Below, in pieces: positions 36,441-46,930 of a stretch of DNA of 64,000 bases. How positions within the stretch are numbered: position 1 is the first letter of the stretch; the number at the start of each line of letters is the position of its first letter. Source of the DNA: Azolla caroliniana (taxonomy: Eukaryota; Plantae; Polypodiophyta); the NCBI GenBank assembly GCA_043228905.1, contig JBHGNT010000007.1, positions 10,602,001 to 10,666,000 of the forward strand. The letters are read 5' to 3'. The notes under the pieces were generated by a model. It saw only the letters and a list, made by a program, of their open reading frames with translations, had not been told where the DNA came from and did no database searches. The translations under genes were made by a program, and so were the position numbers.

Positions 36441-37849
36441 CTAAGCTTATTAGCTACAGTATGGTATACCTGTTAGTTTTCTCCACTCATTTGGTAGAGT
36501 TGTACTGCAATCTCCCAAACAGAATGCATCAATTCGACAGGCATGTTGAAAACAAAGCAGATGGTATGTGTGGTTGCATGGTTGTAGGTGAACCAACAAA
36601 GACGCAGTTTTGTCCTCCACACCTAACCCGCAAGCGATGCAACGTGCTTGAACTGTCAATAAATCATTTTCTGGTTCTCCTTCATTTGGTAAGAGAGCAA
36701 GAATGTTCAGATCCAAATCCTGTCTGGTCCTTACCAATCCCTCCACAAAATGTAGCTGCTTCTTAAGGCAGCTAACTACCTGTTCTTGATGAATGTATTG
36801 TTCCTTCAACGCAACAAAGAAATTTACCAATTAATTATTCCTGTCTGAGAAAGATACACCAACTTTGCTCAAGAATCATTAACTTACTTGAAGCTTTTCC
36901 AAATTGTAATCTGCAACAGTATTTACACCTAGAAGGTCCAGGTTCATTGAAAGAACCTGGATCTCTATTTGCAGTTGTATTTTACGTTGGGGATCCAATG
37001 GCCCCTCTAATTCAAGCTCCTGTTGCACAACCTATTCCAGATAATGCTTGATTAGCACATTTTACCCTTAAAGTTATTTATAACACAATCACATACCAAC
37101 AAAACAATAGTTACCTGAATCTTATTTCTAATCGTTGTAACAACGGAAGTAACTTTGCTCTCCATTGCAGAAGCCATTGTGGCTTTCTCTAAATCAGTCT
37201 TAAAAAAGGCCAATGTCTCATAGGCTTCATGGACATTTTTTAGCATATAGCTAACCAATGTCTAACCTGTATCATCGACATTGGCTTTCCTTGGGTGTCG
37301 GTGTGGTGTATGCTCCCGGTTTTGCTGGGAGTCGGTAGTTGCATCAACAGCTGCCATGCTCCAAAATCTGTCTATTTTTTGTGCCAAGGTCCCCATCTTT
37401 CAACATCTTTTTACCGATGCCTCACCATAGACTGCCCAAGCTACCATATACATTTCAGGGTCTCTGGATTCCTTCGTTGTTTTGCAGTACTCATATGCAA
37501 ATGCTCTAGCAAATGAAATTGACAACTCATTGTTGACTGGGATCTCCTGATGAACTTTCTGGTGCAGCCTCATGCAGTCATCGTACAAGTCGGCTCGTAC
37601 ATGCTTCAACTTGACCTTGCCTTTGACTCTAGGCACTGTATATACTGTCATCCAGTCTACATCACTGAACAATTTATCACTTAGGACAGTAGGGTCAACA
37701 CCCTCGAGTGACAGACCATAGGTGTTGTGGAAGTCCTCCTTTGTCTCGCAAAATTTTGCGAAGTTTAGCACTCTCGGATATGGAGGAACAAGCCATCTAA
37801 AATATCATTTCAGAAATCAGAAATAGTGCAAAATCAAAATATGTCAGAA

Positions 37850-38350
37850 TCAGAAACCCCAATCAACAACAACAGAAATAGTGCAAAATCTTTAACTTAG
37901 CAATTCAGAAACCCTAATCATAATTTTTATTTAGAAATTTGAAATCAGAAACCCTAATCAAAATCTGTAATCAGAAGTTTGAAATCAAAAACCCTAATCA
38001 AAATCTGTAATCAGAAGTTTGTAACCAAAAACCCTATTCAGAAATTCTAATCAGAAATTTATAATCAAAAACCCTAATTAGAAATTTCAATCAGAAACCC
38101 TATTCAGAAATTTCAATCACAAACCCTAATAAAAAATTCTAAACAGAAATTTATAAACAAAAACCCTATTCAGAAATTCTAATAAAAAATTCTAATCTAT
38201 AATCAAAATTTGTAACCAGAAACCCCATTCAGAAATTTATAATCAAAAACCCTAATCAAAAATTTCAATCACAAACCCTAATCAGAAATTCTAATCAGAA
38301 ATTTATAAACAAAAACCCTAATCAGAAATTTCAATCAAAAACCCCAATCA
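37850..38350. repeat. intronic minisatellite rich in AAACCCTAAT (telo-box-like)
   Basis: About a dozen AAACCC(T/C)A motifs in 26-42-bp units. Confidence 0.85.
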
Positions 38351-38853
38351 TCACTAAAGACAGGATTAAACACAAAAAAAAGTAATATAAACACACCTGG
38401 TGCTACTCCCCGATCTGCGAGACATCCTTGTATGGGACTCCAAGGACTTCGCCCTATTCGATTTTGGGGAAATATGAATCGGCACCAAAGTTTAGATAGT
38501 AGTCAAAAAGAAAAAACAAATGTTTGCGGTTTCTGCAACTGAAACATACCTGGACGATGATCAAGTGGGTTCTGTGTTGTAGCTCTCAATCTGCAATGTC
38601 GATTTTCTGCTGCTGCGAGAGCTACGCCTGCGTTCGTGCTCTAAGTACTCCATCTGCGTTAAAAATCAAACTTAGGCTAAACAGGCAATTGATGACATTG
38701 AAGTCGACCTTAGATGATGGTGCTATTCCCCAACTTCCACTACGTCTGAAACAGAAGTTCAAATATTTGAGTTTTTTCATAAATTAGTTTTTCAAATATT
38801 TGATTTTCCCACAAAAAAGACTAGCTAAACAAATAGCTAATTAGCTATAATAC

Positions 38854-38878
38854 TGTTTCCACTCGCATGCTTTTACCC
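38854..38878 (-). repeat. right TIR
   Basis: TGTTTCCACTCGCATGCTTTTACCC. Confidence 0.92.
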
Positions 38879-39006
38879 ATGTATCTTACTTTTACTTTTG
38901 ACTTATTCTTAAGATATTGGTTCGTGTTCTTTGCCTCCAAATGTGATTGCTCCACACCTTATATTCTTATAGCGTTCAATGGCTTGAATTTTAAAAACAC
39001 TTTCAC

Positions 39007-39131
39007 AAATACATTCATACACATAAGCACTAACTGTGTATAAACCTAAGGAGCTATTGTCTTGCCACATCGGGACGTTGATGCACTTGACCAAATGAGA
39101 GAACATGTACGCTACTGGTTTGTCTTTCTTG
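39007..39131 (-). pseudogene. transposase C-terminal remnant of the older Sola2-like copy
   Basis: DKPVAYMFSHLVKCINVPM..GLYTVSAYVYECI matches the end of ORF 31842..32993. Confidence 0.85.
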
Positions 39132-39319
39132 AGAGTCAAACTCAACTTCCTATAATAATAGGTTTCACACTAGCTCATGGTCATACCATGCTAGTTTTGT
39201 AAATAGTAGAAAGGGCACTTGCCCAAGTTTAGTTGGTATTTAAACCAACCCCTTGTAACTTAGTTACTGTTTGAAGTATTTTTGTTAATATAACATACAG
39301 TCTTTTATCTCTGTCTTAA

Positions 39320-39322
<3 letters not shown>

Positions 39323-39374
<52 letters not shown>
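39323..39374. repeat. (CT)n microsatellite, probably within an LTR fragment (39130-39388)
   Basis: Pure CT run. Confidence 0.9.
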
Positions 39375-39379
<5 letters not shown>

Positions 39380-40074
39380 GCCTTACGTTGTCGTGCCTTT
39401 CGGCTCCGGATCGTTGCGTGAGTCGTGTGGGAATCACCGGGGTTTTGGACTAGGAGGAGGAAGAATTTGAGGCTAATCTAGTTATGAATATGAATAGATT
39501 ATAAAAAAGAGATATAGAAACTTGTGAATCCCACAAGTATAGTTGTTTTAGTTTATCTTAATCGTAGTAATAAATTGAAATAGTTTAGAATAGATTAGAG
39601 TAGATTGAGAAAAGAGATCAAACCTTGTGAATCCCACAAGTATTACATTAATCAATATTTATGTAAGAATATGAACTTCGATTGAAAGAGATAGATTATA
39701 TAAAACTTCGTGAATCCCACAATTCTATTTTATTATTGGTGTTTTAGGAAATATATCCAATTTCCCAAATATTTCACACACCTTATTACATTGTGCTCCC
39801 CATCCTTATATGGTGATGAGAGAGTCTTCACAATCCATACTTTTTTTTCTAACTATAGACTCCATGCTTTTCCTATAGATAGACTATATGCTTTATCTAA
39901 AGTGATCATGCTTTTTCTATCTTGTGCTTTTTTTATCGACTATAGCATTCATTTACGCTAGATATGCATTCGTAACTTTTTCTTTTAGCATGCGTTTTTC
40001 TTTTAACTAAAGTTTATCCTACGTGAACTTAACTTTCTATGTGGGACCTCTACTTTTTAACACTAATGAAATGC

Positions 40075-40128
40075 TAGTGTAATGGTAAGGTTTCACATTA
40101 TTAACATGGAGGTTCAAGGTTCGAATCT
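40075..40128 (+). promoter_or_regulatory. tRNA-like A-box/B-box module in the D LTR (also at 43015-43068 and 48504-48557)
   Basis: TAGTGTAATGGTAAG ... GGTTCGAATCT, followed by TTTT about 25 nt downstream. Confidence 0.65.
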
Positions 40129-40883
40129 TGCCCTATGCATGTATGATTTATTTTGACATTTTCTTCTATTTCTTCATATTTACTAAAACGTTACTTTATA
40201 AGTTTTTCCTGTAGTGTACGAAATACACTACGACACTCGCCCCCTCCGAACCCGCACATCCTCCGGTATGTGCCGAAGTTGTCGGTGATTGTTAGTCTCG
40301 TCCGTCCGTTCTCCGCCCGATTGGTTTCTTCGTCGGTCGTGTTTGGTTTCCAGCCCCGTTTGGTCTCCGGTTTTTGGTTGCCGACTCCGCCTGGTTTCTA
40401 GTTCTGTTCGGTTGCAGTCTCTATCCGGTCTCCAATTACCAGCCCTCGTAATTCTTCTTTACTTGTAGTACCCTCCGTTTCTCTTGCTATGTCGGCTTTG
40501 TCTCTCCATTTTGAACATATCCATTCTTTCCACCCGAACCATTGTCGCCATCCGATCCACCATAGTCTTCATTCGCTTTTTGCATTGCTATGGCCCGCTT
40601 GGTCCTTGTCATCCATGGTAGTGTCTTTGCGTGGCCTCTTCCTTGTCTTTTTCAATATTGATTTCTTTTCGGATCTCCGGTTGAGTCGGATTAGCTTCAT
40701 TCTGATTCGGTATCGTCTGATTGTCTTTCGGTTGGATCGACTTCCATTCCGATTCGTATTTGGCTGATTCGGACTCGGTTGATCGGTTTTTACCGATTCA
40801 GCCCCCTTCCGGATCTGTGTCGACCGATCGGTTTCTATCCAGATTTTCTTTCTTTTCTTTGTTTTCACCGGTCTCGACCGGTT

Positions 40884-42290
40884 TTACTTCCAGAACTTCT
40901 TTCCAGATCGGTCTCGTTCGATCGACTTCCGGTTGGAATGATTTCTGTCCGTGTTGAACTCTCGGATTTTGTCCGGATCCACTTTCGCTTGCTTTAGCTT
41001 TCTTTTAGACCGGAATTTCGGACGGATCATCTTCCATCCGAACCGAATTCCGACTTTACCTTCCTTGCCGCCATCTCCCGTCTCTCCAGTCTCACGTTGG
41101 TTCTCGGACGCAATCGTTGAAGTCTCTAGGACTAGTGCGCATGAACCCTCGGTATTATCATCCTCTGTCATTTCAACCATAGCCACCTTCTCAGTTATCT
41201 CTCCATCGTATGAATCGGCTTCGACCTTTGTTTTCTCTCCACCACCTTCCGTCTCTTCGGTCTCACGTTGCCTTTTAAACGCAACCGCCGGAGTCTCTGG
41301 AATCAGTGGTGGGGAAGTCTCAATATGGCCATCCGCCATTGATTCGTCCATAGCCACCTTCGATTCGATGTCATCTTTCGTGGAGACCTCCTCAATCAAG
41401 TCCTCCTTGCTCTCTTTCACTGCATCAATTATGCAAACATCAATTATGCTTACCCCTTTTTCACCCGATGTTTCAGACACTTCTATTCTGAAATCTTTTT
41501 CTACACTCGGGTTATGGGCTTTATCCTTCACCGTCGTTCTTTCGCAAGACAAGAGGGTAGCTTGTTTTACTCCCTCTTCCATCGCACCATCATGTTGTAT
41601 TTCGGCCTTCATATCGGCTCCATCGTTTTTCCTCAATCGACCATCCTTCATCGGCCATGTCGTTGACAAGATTCTCATCTTCCTCTCATCATGTCTCTGG
41701 CATACCCTTTGGACTTCGGCCCAATCTTCGGTAAGACCATTCGCACCGTCATCATCTTCGAGTTTGATCCCGATGTACATCCTTTCTTTTCGATCGATCG
41801 ATTTTACGAACATTAGGACTTTATCCTCTCCCACCAATCTTTGTTCCCGCTTCGAGAGTCGAGCAAAACGATGCTCGAACTCTAGGAATGCTTGTGTCGC
41901 AGTTCGGTGAGTCTTTGTCGATGCCACCCACTGGTCAAACTCGTGTCGATCTCGTCCCATTGATCTCTCGTAGTCATACTTCTCCAATAGTGCTTTCTCA
42001 AAGGACACCCACGTTGTGTTCTATTGTCGTATCTCGTATATGCTCTCTTGCAGCTCGTCCGACGCCACCCAACTAAAGGATATCACTTGCAATCCTTCTG
42101 GTATCTGACATCGCATCATCTCTGCCTTATAGTCACATAGGTAACAAGACACATCATTTCTGTTGAATTGCCCGTTTCTTTGCACAAGCCACTCTACTGC
42201 CGACTTCATCTCTGACATCACACATTGTTCTTGTTGCATCCGCTCAATCATCATCATCATTATGCTCATCGCCTCTTGTTAATTCTCCAT
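40884..42290 (-). pseudogene. gag: Gag with family A-like N-terminus and an acidic repetitive C-terminus (two premature stops)
   Basis: ATG 42290 and ORFs 42021..42269 and 40884..42008 share one frame. No zinc knuckle or protease. Confidence 0.85.
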
Positions 42291-43179
42291 CTCCTTGCCA
42301 CCCGCTTTCACATCGGGTTCACCACTTGTGTCGTGCCTTTCGGCTCCGGATCGTTGCGTGAGTCGGGTGGGAACCATCGGGGTTTTGGACTAGGAGGAGG
42401 AAGAATTTGAGGCTAATCTAGTTATGAATATGAATAGATTATAAAAAAGAGATATAGAAACTTGTGAATCCCACAAGTATAGTTGTTTTAGTTTATCTTA
42501 ATCGTAGTAATAAATTGAAATAGTTTAGAATAGATTAGAGTAGATTGAGAAAAGAGATCAAACCTTGTGAATCCCACAAGTATTACATTAATCAATATTT
42601 ATGTAAGAATATGAATTTCCATTGGAAGAGATAGATTATATAAAACTTCGTGAATCCCACAATTCTATTTTATTATTGGTGTTTTAGGAAATATATCCAA
42701 TTTCCCAAATATTTCACACACCCTATTACATTGTGCTCCCCATCCTTATATGGTGATGAGAGAGTCTTCACAATCCATACTTTTTTTTCTAACTATAGAC
42801 TCCATGCTTTTCCTATAGATAGACTATATGCTTTATCTAAAGTGATCATGCTTTTTCTATCTTGTGCGTTTTTTATCGACTATAGCGTTCATGCACGCTA
42901 GATATGCATGCATAGCTTTTTCTTTTAGCATGCGTTTTTCTTTTAACTAAAGTTTATCCTATGTGAACTTAACTTTCTACGTGGGACATCTACTTTTTAA
43001 CACTAATGAAATGCTAGTGTAATGGTAAGGTTTCACATTATTAACATGGAGGTGCAAGGTTCGAATCGTGCCCTATGCATGTATGATTTATTTTGACATT
43101 TTCTTCTATTTCTTCATATTTACTAAAACGTTACTTTATAAGTTTTTCATGTAGTGTACGAAATACACTACGACAACGT

Positions 43180-44129
43180 CGTGTACTCCTGAGGTATGCG
43201 GTCGTGTTCGTCGCTTTTGCCCAGTACAATTTTGGCGGGTTCTTCTCATTCATCATAGCTCGTGTGACTTCTACTATGTGCCGGTTTTTACGCTCAGCTA
43301 TGCCGTTTTGCTGAGGTGTGTGACGGCATGAGAATTCTCATCTAATTCCTTCCTTTCTGAGATACACCATAAAATCATCCAAAAGGTATTATTTGCCTCC
43401 ATCCAATCGAAGGCAGTGTACGTGTCGACCAATAGTTTTTTCGACTTGGGCCTTGAACCTTTGGAAGTATCTGAACACTTCGCTCTTCTGTCTCATCAGG
43501 TAGATCCAGGTGTGCCTGGAGAAGTCGTCGATGAGCGTGACATAATATCGGCATCCGCCGAGTGTGCTTATCTGGGCCGGTCCCCATACATCTGAATGTA
43601 CGACATCCAGGATCCCTTTGCTCACATTATGTTCTTTCGGGAATGGATGTCGGCGTTGCTTTTTGAACTGGCACACTTCGCATACGCTTGTAATCTCCTT
43701 TATGGTAAAGTTCGGGAGTCCAATTACGATTCCTTTCGACTGCATGTTCTGAAGCTTCTGGAGAATGATGTGACCAATTCTCTTGTGCCACAAGTTTAGG
43801 CCAGTTTCGACTTTGAGACCCTTTGCAAACATGGCCGATTTTACCTCATTTGATTTGAGGACAAACATACGGCCTTCACGACGGCCATCAGCTACAACTT
43901 GATCTCCTATTTTGATAAAGCACCCATCATTGTTGAATTGTACCTGCATTCTTTGTTCGACAATCTGGCCAACCGAGACCAGGTTTTTCGTAATGGTAGG
44001 GACATGTAGTATGTTCTTGAGGTAGGTTTGTTTGCCATTGTTTCCGAATGGGACGTTCCCGATATGTTGTATTGGATGCGTCGTGTCATCGCTTGTCTCA
44101 ACATATCTAGGTCATTCTTGTTTTCGTTG
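43180..44129 (-). pseudogene. Copia integrase/protease fragment
   Basis: LWHKRIGH, CEVC, VHSDVWGP and TPQQNGIAERKNR motifs. Confidence 0.9.
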
Positions 44130-46110
44130 TGTTAGCCGACCGGCAAAGGAAGTCCAGAACCGTCGGTCTAACTCTATCTCACCGCAACACCCCTTTGGTG
44201 AAGTGTCTTAAAGGGACACACTGTGTTAGGCCATTGTCCGGCCCTAGCGATAACACAGTTTTTGGCGACCACAATTCCTGCACAAACGCAGCGAAAAGCG
44301 GCGGGCATGGATGACCAAACCAACGAACGACCTGGTTACAAAGCGAGCAAGAAGACTTGCCGAACGATTGCGGAAGCGAGAGCCTTTCCAACAGGCAGCA
44401 GAAGAGGTCCTTGTGGATCGCTCATTTTCCAAAGTAATCCGGCGAGTGGCCACAAAGTCACTCCACGGATAGCAGAATTCCCAACCGGACAAAGGAAGCA
44501 GCATAAGCAGTCTCCGGGACGCGGAATCCATTCTGCAAGCACTAGCGACAGGGGGAGGCGATTCGGAACCATTCTTGTCCTTTGAATCGGATTCAGACGA
44601 TGAATGCAACGCCCATTCGAATTACCGTAGTAGCCACGACACCCCAGACGAACCGGAGGACTAGTGGTCGGATACCTTGCCGACACCAAAACCGGAGTTA
44701 ACAGAACTGGAAGCCCCAGATCGGCAGGTGGCGGATCAACTCCCGACGCCGCCACGTGAGACACCGAAAGAAGAGGAGGCAAGACCTCCAACACCGAAAG
44801 AAGAGGAGGAAAGACCTCCGTCACCGAAAGAAGAGGAGGGGAGACCTCCGACACTGGACGACGACATGCCATTCCAATATCCCAAGTATTGGGATGATTC
44901 GAACGTAGAAGCTCATGTCTATGCATTTCTACAAACATGGGAAGCAAACCATGTGTAGCAACGCTTGACCGCCGCCAAAGCAGAACGCTCGAAGATTGCA
45001 GAGTTCGGCATGACCTTGGTAGAACCAGCCACGCGATGGCGCTTGACGCACACTGTCGGCACCATCACGACGTTTGAGGACTTAAAAACCAGATTTTTAC
45101 AGTTCTTCAACAAAGAGGTGGATAAACGGGAGATGGTCGGCCTATTCTACACCATAAGGCAGGAATCTACGGAAACCATTCAGCAATTCGTAATCCGGTT
45201 CCTGCGAATGCACTGTGAGCTCAATCAGGCTCCCCCGGATGAGGAGGCAAAATCAATATTCCTAGCCGCACTCTGGGAACCCCTACGTACGATGTGCACA
45301 GTGATCGATTTCTGCACCAGCAAGATCAGCCAAGTCATAGAAAGGGTCAGGGAGATGGAGAAAACAAGCTCGTGGCTAACAATGGGGGCACTCCAATGTA
45401 CATTACCGACAGAAGACGACCTACGGTTTCAGCAAGCTATACAATGTATGACTTGTCTCAATGTCGGGCACTCGGCAATAGAATGTACCATGCGGACACA
45501 GTGCATGTTATGCCACTCTAGAACGCACACAATGGACCAATGCGAATATAACTTACTGAACCGACAAGCGGCACCGGTAAGGCAAATCAAACCTCGGAGC
45601 AACCGGGAGGAGGAAGAAGAACGTTGGCGGCGATACAAGCGTTACCGGCCGGCGCAAGATATCCGGAACAACGACAGAAAGGACGCTCACGACCGAGACC
45701 GGCAGGATAGCTACCGAGATTACAACGGTGAACGATATGAGCGATACAACCAAGATCACTCCCCCAGTTACAACTAGCGAAGGGAGGATCAAGGCAACTA
45801 TGAAAACCGGCCCCGACAGGGTTGCCGAAACAAAAAATGGAACGCTAGAAAGGAGGACCGCCAGTGGCAGCCAGACAAGGGCACGCCAAGTATCCAACTG
45901 GACCAAGCACCTAACCGACCACCAATAGGACCTCAATCGGGTACCGGAGCAAACGCCGAATCCAGCAACACCCGGAAAGCGTACTGCTACTATTGTCGGC
46001 AAGAAGGACATTATAGCAATTAGTGTTCGGTTAAAAGCTACGAGAAAAGACTAGCCGTAAATATGGCGGTAGCAGAAGTTGCCGATATACAACAAGTCAC
46101 CACCAGGGTA
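44130..46110 (+). mobile_element. Gypsy-like element H fragment: short LTR, tRNA-Arg PBS, gag with three zinc knuckles
   Basis: TGTTA..TAACA at 44130-44255 and TGGCGACCACA at 44263. Gag ORFs 44677..45777 with CMTCLNVGHSAIEC, CMLCHSRTHTMDQC and a later CYYC..GH. Confidence 0.75.
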
Positions 46111-46387
46111 AAAGTGCTCTGTACACAGTTACGCGCTCTAATCTTGCACCAACAAGACTGACAACAACAAACTAAGTTTGCCCTAAGTCATATTTATACT
46201 AATATGAGTTTTCGGCTATTTACAAATATAGCCACGATGGACTCTCAGAAAACATATTTACGAATGCTCATCGGGCCTTCACCATCCGGCTCTTGCCAGA
46301 TACTCATCATCCGCTTTCAGCCTCGGCAAGTTTGCTCATCAACACTGTTCTTCTCACTTCCCATCCAGAGGGACCTGTTTCCTAACA
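46111..46387 (-). repeat. family F LTR fragment
   Basis: Homologous to 21586-21832 but with a single minisatellite unit. Terminus CCTAACA. Confidence 0.6.
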
Positions 46388-46432
46388 TGATCCACATCCA
46401 AATTCTTCTTCTCCCTCTGTCATGATATGGCA

Positions 46433-46486
46433 AGACTCGAACCCATGACCTTATGCTACATGGGTTGAGCTCTTACCATTAGACTA
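46433..46486 (-). promoter_or_regulatory. tRNA-like A-box/B-box module in the G LTR (also at 52571-52624)
   Basis: TAGTCTAATGGTAAG ... GGTTCGAGTCT, 45-nt spacing. Confidence 0.65.
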
Positions 46487-46562
46487 TGTATTGTAATACG
46501 AAAGATATTATTTTCATTTAAGTTTTATTATAGGAAACTGATGTATATTCTAGAGTTCTCTG

Positions 46563-46580
46563 GAACATTCTAGAAACTTC
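46563..46580. promoter_or_regulatory. heat-shock element in the G LTR (also at 52701-52718)
   Basis: GAAcaTTCtaGAAacTTC upstream of a TATA-like box. Confidence 0.65.
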
Positions 46581-46930
46581 AGGAGTACTACTAACAACAT
46601 GATAAAAGGAGGCACAAGGCATTATTTCGAACCAAATCGGTTCAATGCCAGTCTTTAGCCTCATAGCCCTTTGTACTTACATTTCCTATAATATATAATC
46701 TATTATCATCATCATCTCTCTCTTGTCCTTGCTACCTCTCTCTCTCTCCTCTTCTCTCTTCCTCTCTTGGGAGTCTTACGCAGTCCCGTCCTCTTAGTAC
46801 TAATAGTACTACCCTTCTCTAGTACTAATTATCTCTCTGTTTTAGTACTATTCCTGACAGTTTGAACTGATTTCCCTCTTTTGTCTCCCTCCCTTCATAC
46901 TAACTTCTTATTCCTCTTTTCTTTCATCCC

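Larger units (their letters stand above)
34647..38425 (-). pseudogene. transposon cargo: spliced gene with unknown N-terminal domain, coiled region, RING-H2 finger and acidic tail
   Basis: ATG at 38425. GT-AG introns 38396-37797 and 36469-35183 both keep frame. RING CIAC-x17-CNHTYHLLC-x10-CLGDC. A few stops/frameshifts in 36830-37400. Confidence 0.7.
28338..38878 (+). mobile_element. complete TIR DNA transposon, Sola2-like, 10,541 bp
   Basis: 25-bp TIRs GGGT(G/A)AAAGCATGCGAGTGGAAACA with one mismatch, 4-bp TSD ATGT (28334-28337 and 38879-38882), and a DDD transposase. Confidence 0.9.
39389..43175 (-). mobile_element. non-autonomous gag-only LTR element D, related to family A (3,787 bp)
   Basis: 847-bp LTRs at 39389-40235 and 42329-43175 (about 20 mismatches by eye), Trp PBS 42307-42324, PPT after 40235, ACGT on both flanks, no pol. 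Confidence 0.92.

Noticed and set aside
37850-38350. Interstitial telomere
   Set aside because: The AAACCCT motifs are spaced within longer units, not in tandem heptamers.
39710-39961. 83-aa ORF repeated in three LTR copies
   Set aside because: Its conservation simply reflects LTR identity. It has a GTG start and AT-rich, low-information sequence.
40075-40140. Genuine tRNA genes at the LTR A/B-box modules
   Set aside because: I could not fold acceptor and anticodon stems. Only the boxes, spacing and a partial T arm remain, so they are reported as tRNA-like modules.
40951-41910. 319-aa antisense ORF in D, and many antisense ORFs over family A, E and G coding regions
   Set aside because: They are shadow frames of purine-rich retroelement codons, Ser/Phe-rich, with no domain signal.
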